A stretch of 64,000 nucleotides of DNA, taken from assembly GCA_020845955.1 (NCBI GenBank), contig JADLEU010000369.1:8462-72461 (forward strand), given 5' to 3'. The translations under genes and the position numbers were made by a program. The DNA is from Anaerolineales bacterium (GTDB lineage: Bacteria; Chloroflexota; Anaerolineae; Anaerolineales; UBA6663). Below, one piece after another: positions 59,665 through 64,000 of the stretch (the first letter of the stretch is position 1; each line of letters starts with the position of its first letter). The notes below the pieces were generated by a model. The model made no database searches. It saw only the letters and a list, made by a program, of their open reading frames with translations, and was not told the DNA's origin.

Positions 59665-60939
59665 CTAGTTGCCTCCTAGGGCAGGCAGCTCATTGACGAT
59701 GCCGTCGGCCCACCAATACATGCAGTACTGGCACTCCAGGCCGGGTGCGCCGGGCGGGAACTGATCCAGGTCAGCCTGTTCGAAGTGCTCGCCCTCCGGC
59801 ACGATGACGTTGCCCTGGTTGTCCATGATCGGCCCTTTGAAGACGTCAAAGCGGGTGAACTCGCCCGCCAGGGCAGCGGCCAGCGTGTCGCGCACCAACT
59901 GCACGTCCTCATCCGGCAGGTCCGCCACGCCCGGCTGCGGGGTCTGGCCTTCCATGAAGCCATACAGGCCCATGCCGCCCGCGTCGGCGTCGAAGTATTG
60001 GAAGCCGGGCGTGTACGTGCCCGCGCGGATCCCCTCGACCATGGCGGCGTAGATCGGGCCCCAGGTCCAGTACGGCGTAGTCAGGCAGCGTTCAACCTTG
60101 CAGTTGCCGAACCAGTCGTAGTTGACGCCCCACTTGCCTTTCTCTTGGGCCACGTCGCTGGCCGCCGGCGTATCAGCGCCCGTGAAGACCACCTGGGCGC
60201 CGGCGTCAAACAAGGAGGCCGCCGCTTCCTTCTCGATGATGGGATCGTGCCAGGTGTTGATCCAGCGCACATCCATGGTGCACTCGGGACAGGTGCGCTT
60301 AGCGCCGAGCATGATGGCATTGCCCAGGCGCAGCTCTTCCGGAATGGGGAAGGTGGCCATGTAGCCAAGGCGCGGGTTGCCGTCGACCTTAGCGCGCGAG
60401 CCGGCCAGCATGCCGGCCATATACTTGAAGACCTCCATGGCCCCAAACATGTTGCCGTAGTTAGTGCCGTTGGACTTGTAGCCGGTCAAGTGGATAAACA
60501 TCTGATCGGGGAATTCCTCGGCCACAATCGCCATCGGATCCATGTAGCCAAAGGAGGTGCCCACGATCAGGTCAAAGCCCTTGCGCGCCAGGCTGCGGAA
60601 GACCTGCTCGGAGTCGGCGCCCTCCGGAACCAGCTCGATGTAGGCGACGTGCGTGTCAGGCACGTTTTCCTGGACGTAGACCAGGCCCTCGTATTGCGCC
60701 TGGCTCCAGCCGCCATCGTCGTGGGGACCGATCAAGACCATCCCAACGTTGAACTTGCCCGCCTCAATGTCGGGGATCTGCAGCCCGCCGGTTTCAGGCG
60801 CGGTGGTCGGCGGCACTGCGGTGGCCTGGGGCGCCGAGGTAGCCTGCGGGGCTGCTGTCTCGGTCGCTGGCGTGCAGGCGCCCGCCATCATCGCCAGGAT
60901 GGTCAGGAGACCTGCCAAGCGCGTTAGTTTTGCTGACAT
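59665..60939 (-). CDS. BMP-family ABC transporter substrate-binding lipoprotein (nucleoside/purine-binding type)
   Basis: The lipobox is LAMMAGAC, followed by a Pro/Thr/Ala linker and a BMP-like body (VGMVLIGPHDDGGWSQAQYEGL). A strong GGAGGAG Shine-Dalgarno sequence precedes the start. Confidence 0.9.
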   Translation of the reverse strand: MSAKLTRLAGLLTILAMMAGACTPATETAAPQATSAPQATAVPPTTAPETGGLQIPDIEAGKFNVGMVLIGPHDDGGWSQAQYEGLVYVQENVPDTHVAYIELVPEGADSEQVFRSLARKGFDLIVGTSFGYMDPMAIVAEEFPDQMFIHLTGYKSNGTNYGNMFGAMEVFKYMAGMLAGSRAKVDGNPRLGYMATFPIPEELRLGNAIMLGAKRTCPECTMDVRWINTWHDPIIEKEAAASLFDAGAQVVFTGADTPAASDVAQEKGKWGVNYDWFGNCKVERCLTTPYWTWGPIYAAMVEGIRAGTYTPGFQYFDADAGGMGLYGFMEGQTPQPGVADLPDEDVQLVRDTLAAALAGEFTRFDVFKGPIMDNQGNVIVPEGEHFEQADLDQFPPGAPGLECQYCMYWWADGIVNELPALGGN

Positions 60940-61046
60940 CTTTGCTCCTCCACTCTATCTATCAGTTGCGGCGTACGCTAGTCGATGCAGTGCGCGATCG
61001 GGAATACGCATCACCTCCTTGCCTGGCCTCGTTGACCGCCGCGAAG

Positions 61047-61988
61047 CTATGGCACCACCCAGGTGCCCGTTTCACCCGCCAGCGCCCGGCCGATATTCTC
61101 GGGGTTGGTGATCAGGGCTTGCTGGCCGCCGCGCTCCAGGAACGAGATGATGGCGTCGATCTTCGGCCCCATGCTGCCCTTTTGAAAATGGCCTTCGGAT
61201 TGATACTGCCGCGCCTCGGCCAGGGTCAGGCGATCGAGCCAGCGCTGGTTGGGCTTGTTGAAGTTCAGGGCCACCTTTTCCACGGCGGTGGAGATCACGA
61301 ACAGGTCCGCCGGCAGGGTGTTCGCCAGCAGCGCGGAGGCGTAGTCCTTGTCGATGACGGCCTCCACCCCGACCAAATTGCCATTCTCATCCTCGACGAC
61401 GGGAATGCCTCCGCCGCCAACACCGATGACGACGAAGCCCCTGTCGACCAGGGCCAGGATCGCATCGCGCTCGACAATGCGCTGCGGTTTGGGCGAGGCC
61501 ACCACGCGCCGCCAGCCTCGACCGGCGTCGTCGACCATACTCCAGCCTTCCGACTGTATCTTGGCGCGGGCCTCGACTTCGCTCATAAACGAGCCGATCG
61601 GCTTGGTGGGGTTCTGGAAGGCGGGATCGCCGCGGTCGACCAGCACCTGGGTAACCACGGTAACGGCCTGACGCGCCATCCCCCGGTGCTTGAACTCGTT
61701 GTGCAGCGCCTTCTGGAACATGTAACCGATAGCCCCCTGTGTGTCGGCGCCGCAGGAATCCAGGGGAACCTCGTGCAGCTCGTGCCGACCCAGCTCGGAT
61801 CGGCGCAGGATAAAACCGACCTGCGGCCCATTCCCATGGGTCACGACGACCTTCCAGCCGGCGGCCAGCATATCGGCAATATGGTGCATCGACTCGGCCG
61901 CGGCCACATACTGGTCTGGCACGGTCCGGCGTTTCTCGTCCTTGATCAGGGAGTTGCCTCCCACCGCAACAACGGCGACGTTGCTCAT
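61047..61988 (-). CDS. arcC: Carbamate kinase
   Basis: The ATG at 61988 gives MSNVAVVAVGGNSL..VVVTHGNGPQVG. The start is 5 nt after the upstream stop. The 86-aa extension in the track is rejected. Confidence 0.9.
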   Translation of the reverse strand: MSNVAVVAVGGNSLIKDEKRRTVPDQYVAAAESMHHIADMLAAGWKVVVTHGNGPQVGFILRRSELGRHELHEVPLDSCGADTQGAIGYMFQKALHNEFKHRGMARQAVTVVTQVLVDRGDPAFQNPTKPIGSFMSEVEARAKIQSEGWSMVDDAGRGWRRVVASPKPQRIVERDAILALVDRGFVVIGVGGGGIPVVEDENGNLVGVEAVIDKDYASALLANTLPADLFVISTAVEKVALNFNKPNQRWLDRLTLAEARQYQSEGHFQKGSMGPKIDAIISFLERGGQQALITNPENIGRALAGETGTWVVP

Positions 61989-61993
61989 CGGCG

Positions 61994-62974
61994 TCAGGCC
62001 ATCGTCAACGCCATGACCGCCTTCTGAACATGCAGGCGGTTCTCGGCTTCGTCGTAGACCACCGACTGGGGCCCGTCGACAACTTCGTCGGTGACCTCCA
62101 GGTTGCGGTCGGCCGGCAGACAGTGCATATAGATGCAGTCCGCGCGCGCCCGGCTCATGCGGCGCTGGTCGGTGATCCAGGAGTGATACTTCTCGATAGC
62201 GGTCCTGCCCTCGTCGTTGGTGGTCGTGGTCAGGAGCGGTCCCCACGACTTGGGATAGACCACGTCGGCGCCCTTGAAAGCCGCGTCCATGTCGTCGGTC
62301 ACGTCGAAGCCGACGTGATAGCGGCGGGCGTTGTCGCGCGCCTGATCCATGATCTCGGGCATGAGCTTGAACTCCGGCGGATGCGCCAGCACGACGTCAC
62401 AGCCAAAGCGCGTGAGCTGCAGGATGAGCGATTGGGGCACGGAGATGGGCTTGCTGTAGGACACGGCATAGGCCCAGGAAACCACGACCCTTTTGCGGCG
62501 CAGGTCGCGGCCCTTGTTCTCAATGATGGTCATCAGGTCGGCTAGGCATTGGAAAGGGTGGTAGATGTCGCACTGCATGTTGAGCACCGGGATGCGGCTG
62601 GCCCGGGCGACGTCATTGATGTACTGATTGCCAAACTGCCAGTCGCACTGGCGGATGGCGATGCCATCGAAGTAGCGGCCAAAGATCTCGCCGATTTCCT
62701 TGGCGGTGTCGCCGTGCGCGATCTGGGTCGTCTGTGAATCGATGAAGGCAGCGTGTCCGCCTAATTGGGCCATGCCGGCCTCGAATGAGCCGCGCGTGCG
62801 CGTGCTGGTGAAGAAGAACAGCATGGCCAGGGCCTTGTCGCGCAGGTAAGCGTGCGGCTCGCCGAGGGCCCGCTTGCGCTTGAGGTCGAAGGCCACGTCC
62901 AGGACGGTCTCAACCTCGTCTTTACTGAAGTCGAGGTCGCCGATGAAGTCGCGGCCCCGCAGGTGCGTTTGCAT
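61994..62974 (-). CDS. YgeW-like (non-canonical) carbamoyltransferase
   Basis: The carbamoyl-phosphate motifs STRTR, HPFQ and HCLPAD are present. Blocks shared with E. coli YgeW as I recall it are TQIAHGDT, NMQCDIYHPFQCLADL, WAYAVSYSKPISVPQS, TRFGCDVVLAHP, VVYPKSWGP and IYMHCLPAD. The ornithine/aspartate-specific loops are absent. Confidence 0.8.
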   Translation of the reverse strand: MQTHLRGRDFIGDLDFSKDEVETVLDVAFDLKRKRALGEPHAYLRDKALAMLFFFTSTRTRGSFEAGMAQLGGHAAFIDSQTTQIAHGDTAKEIGEIFGRYFDGIAIRQCDWQFGNQYINDVARASRIPVLNMQCDIYHPFQCLADLMTIIENKGRDLRRKRVVVSWAYAVSYSKPISVPQSLILQLTRFGCDVVLAHPPEFKLMPEIMDQARDNARRYHVGFDVTDDMDAAFKGADVVYPKSWGPLLTTTTNDEGRTAIEKYHSWITDQRRMSRARADCIYMHCLPADRNLEVTDEVVDGPQSVVYDEAENRLHVQKAVMALTMA

Positions 62975-63044
62975 TCGTGTCAGTCTCCTTATGTGTTGGT
63001 CTAGCGGCAGAACGCCGCGCGTATATCTGGTTCCTCAGCCAAGC

Positions 63045-64000
63045 TCAGCCCGGCAGCACGACCGGAACGTGCGCACGGCGCGTGACATCGACCAGGCCCA
63101 GGTCGGAGATGCGCAGTTCCGGAATCACGGCCAGCGCCAGCAGGCTCAGCTGCATGTTGGCGTTGTTCAGGGCACAGCCGCAAGCACGGAACTCGGCCAG
63201 CACGGCCTCGGCCTTGCGCGCCACCACCTCGGCCCGCTCGTCCGACATCACGCCGCCGATCGGCAGTTCCACGACCGCCTGCACTTGCCCGGCGCGCACC
63301 ACCAGCATCCCCCCACCTCGCTCGGCTAGCGCGTTCGCGGCCAGCGCCATAGCCTCGTCGTCGGTGCCCACCACCAGCATGTGATGCGAGTCGTGGGCAA
63401 CGGTCGAGGCGACGGCGCAGGGCACGTTAAAGCCAAAGCCCTGCACGAATCCCGCCTGGACGCCCCCCGTGGCGCGGTGGCGCTCGACCACGGCCACCTT
63501 GCAGATGTCTTGGGCGGGGTCGGCGTGCACTTCCCCAGCGTTGGCCCGCAGGTCACACACGGCGTGCCGGGTGGGCGCCTGGTTCTCGATCACGCCAATG
63601 ACGTTGGCCCGCACCGTGCCCGCTGCCCGGTCGGCTGGCGCCGGGACGACAAAGTCGCCGGGGGTGAGCGCCCGGGCCAAGTGCACCGACTGTTTGACCT
63701 CGGCCGGGTATTCAAAGATCGGCAGATCGACGCGCCATTGGCCGTGCTCGGCGATAACGTCTCCGCCGGCCACGACGACCTCGGCCTGAAAATCGGCAAG
63801 ATCGGAGGCCAGCACGATGTCGGCATAGCGGCCGGGAGCGATCTGGCCCACATCGGCGTTGACGCCGAAATGCTCGGCAGCGTTCAGCGTCATCATCTGA
63901 ATGGCCGTGATCGGCTTCAGGCCCTGCGCAATCGCGTGCCGCAGAACGCGGTCCATGTGACCCGCTTGCGCCAGGGTGCCCGAGTGCGAATCGTCGGTGC
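63045..64000 (-). CDS. ade: Adenine deaminase (amidohydrolase), C-terminal two-thirds; 5' end is beyond the window
   Basis: The frame stays open to base 64000 (..TDDSHSGTLAQAGHMDRVLRHAI). AIQMMTLNAAEHFG, VVERHRATGG, FGFNVPCAVASTVAHDSHHMLVVGTDD and LPIGGVMSD match the Ade family. Confidence 0.85.
   Translation of the reverse strand, partial: TDDSHSGTLAQAGHMDRVLRHAIAQGLKPITAIQMMTLNAAEHFGVNADVGQIAPGRYADIVLASDLADFQAEVVVAGGDVIAEHGQWRVDLPIFEYPAEVKQSVHLARALTPGDFVVPAPADRAAGTVRANVIGVIENQAPTRHAVCDLRANAGEVHADPAQDICKVAVVERHRATGGVQAGFVQGFGFNVPCAVASTVAHDSHHMLVVGTDDEAMALAANALAERGGGMLVVRAGQVQAVVELPIGGVMSDERAEVVARKAEAVLAEFRACGCALNNANMQLSLLALAVIPELRISDLGLVDVTRRAHVPVVLPG

Noticed and set aside
1-64000. Mobile elements, prophage, CRISPR arrays, tRNA/rRNA genes and toxin-antitoxin or restriction-modification-type defence genes.
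   Set aside because: I scanned the ORF products and intergenic regions. I found no transposase, integrase or recombinase motifs, no repeat-spacer arrays and no tRNA-like cloverleaf candidates in the gaps. None are reported.

Overview
This is a GC-rich bacterial chromosomal segment. The Ala/Pro/Thr/Gln lipoprotein linkers and the gene content look Chloroflexota-like, but that is inference only. I support about 50 protein-coding genes, and all but two are on the minus strand. Many adjacent genes have stop/start overlaps of 1-17 nt. I saw no rRNA, tRNA, CRISPR array, transposase or integrase. All family calls come from motif recognition by eye, because no searches were run.

Content from low to high coordinates:
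- **569-13063:** an ABC-transporter-type glycan assembly operon. It holds several GT2 and GT-B glycosyltransferases, one carrying an N-terminal PqqD/RRE-like domain. It also holds a coiled-coil SAM methyltransferase and a Wzt-like ATPase with a C-terminal glycan-binding-type domain, but no Wzm permease.
- **13153-19237:** a 1763-aa membrane diguanylate cyclase with eight tandem GAF domains. Its start overlaps the stop of an upstream methyltransferase gene.
- **19238-19966:** a 730-nt gap with no credible ORF.
- **19967-40887:** a 21-kb array of 20 genes on one strand that looks like nucleobase/ureide catabolism.
  - Pyrimidine-type genes: class-III aminotransferase, dihydropyrimidinase and beta-ureidopropionase.
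  - Oxidoreductases: a split CoxL/M/S-type molybdenum hydroxylase, an NmrA-like reductase and a tungsten-type aldehyde:ferredoxin oxidoreductase at the head of the array.
  - Hydrolases: a cyclase-family hydrolase and an amidase.
  - FdrA, DUF1116 and DUF2877, the AllF/G/H homologues.
  - A NitT/TauT-type ABC importer.
- **40888-44506:** a small patch that looks accessory. It has an unusually AT-rich intergenic region containing a C11 tract and palindromes, a frameshifted WS/DGAT fragment and two unknown proteins.
- **44510-47933:** a PLP enzyme, a Gfo/Idh/MocA oxidoreductase and DppA.
- **48011-51637:** a vWA / PP2C / atypical kinase triad (TerY-P, YegL/PphC/YegI-like) plus a zinc-ribbon membrane protein.
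- **51670-64000:** thrC, an M50-TPR protease and proS, followed by a BMP-family nucleoside-type ABC importer. Carbamate kinase, a YgeW-like carbamoyltransferase and a partial adenine deaminase complete the window.

The most interesting candidate for something undescribed is the composite catabolic array together with the distal carbamate kinase and YgeW-like genes. Together they suggest a carbamoyl-phosphate-yielding ureide pathway.
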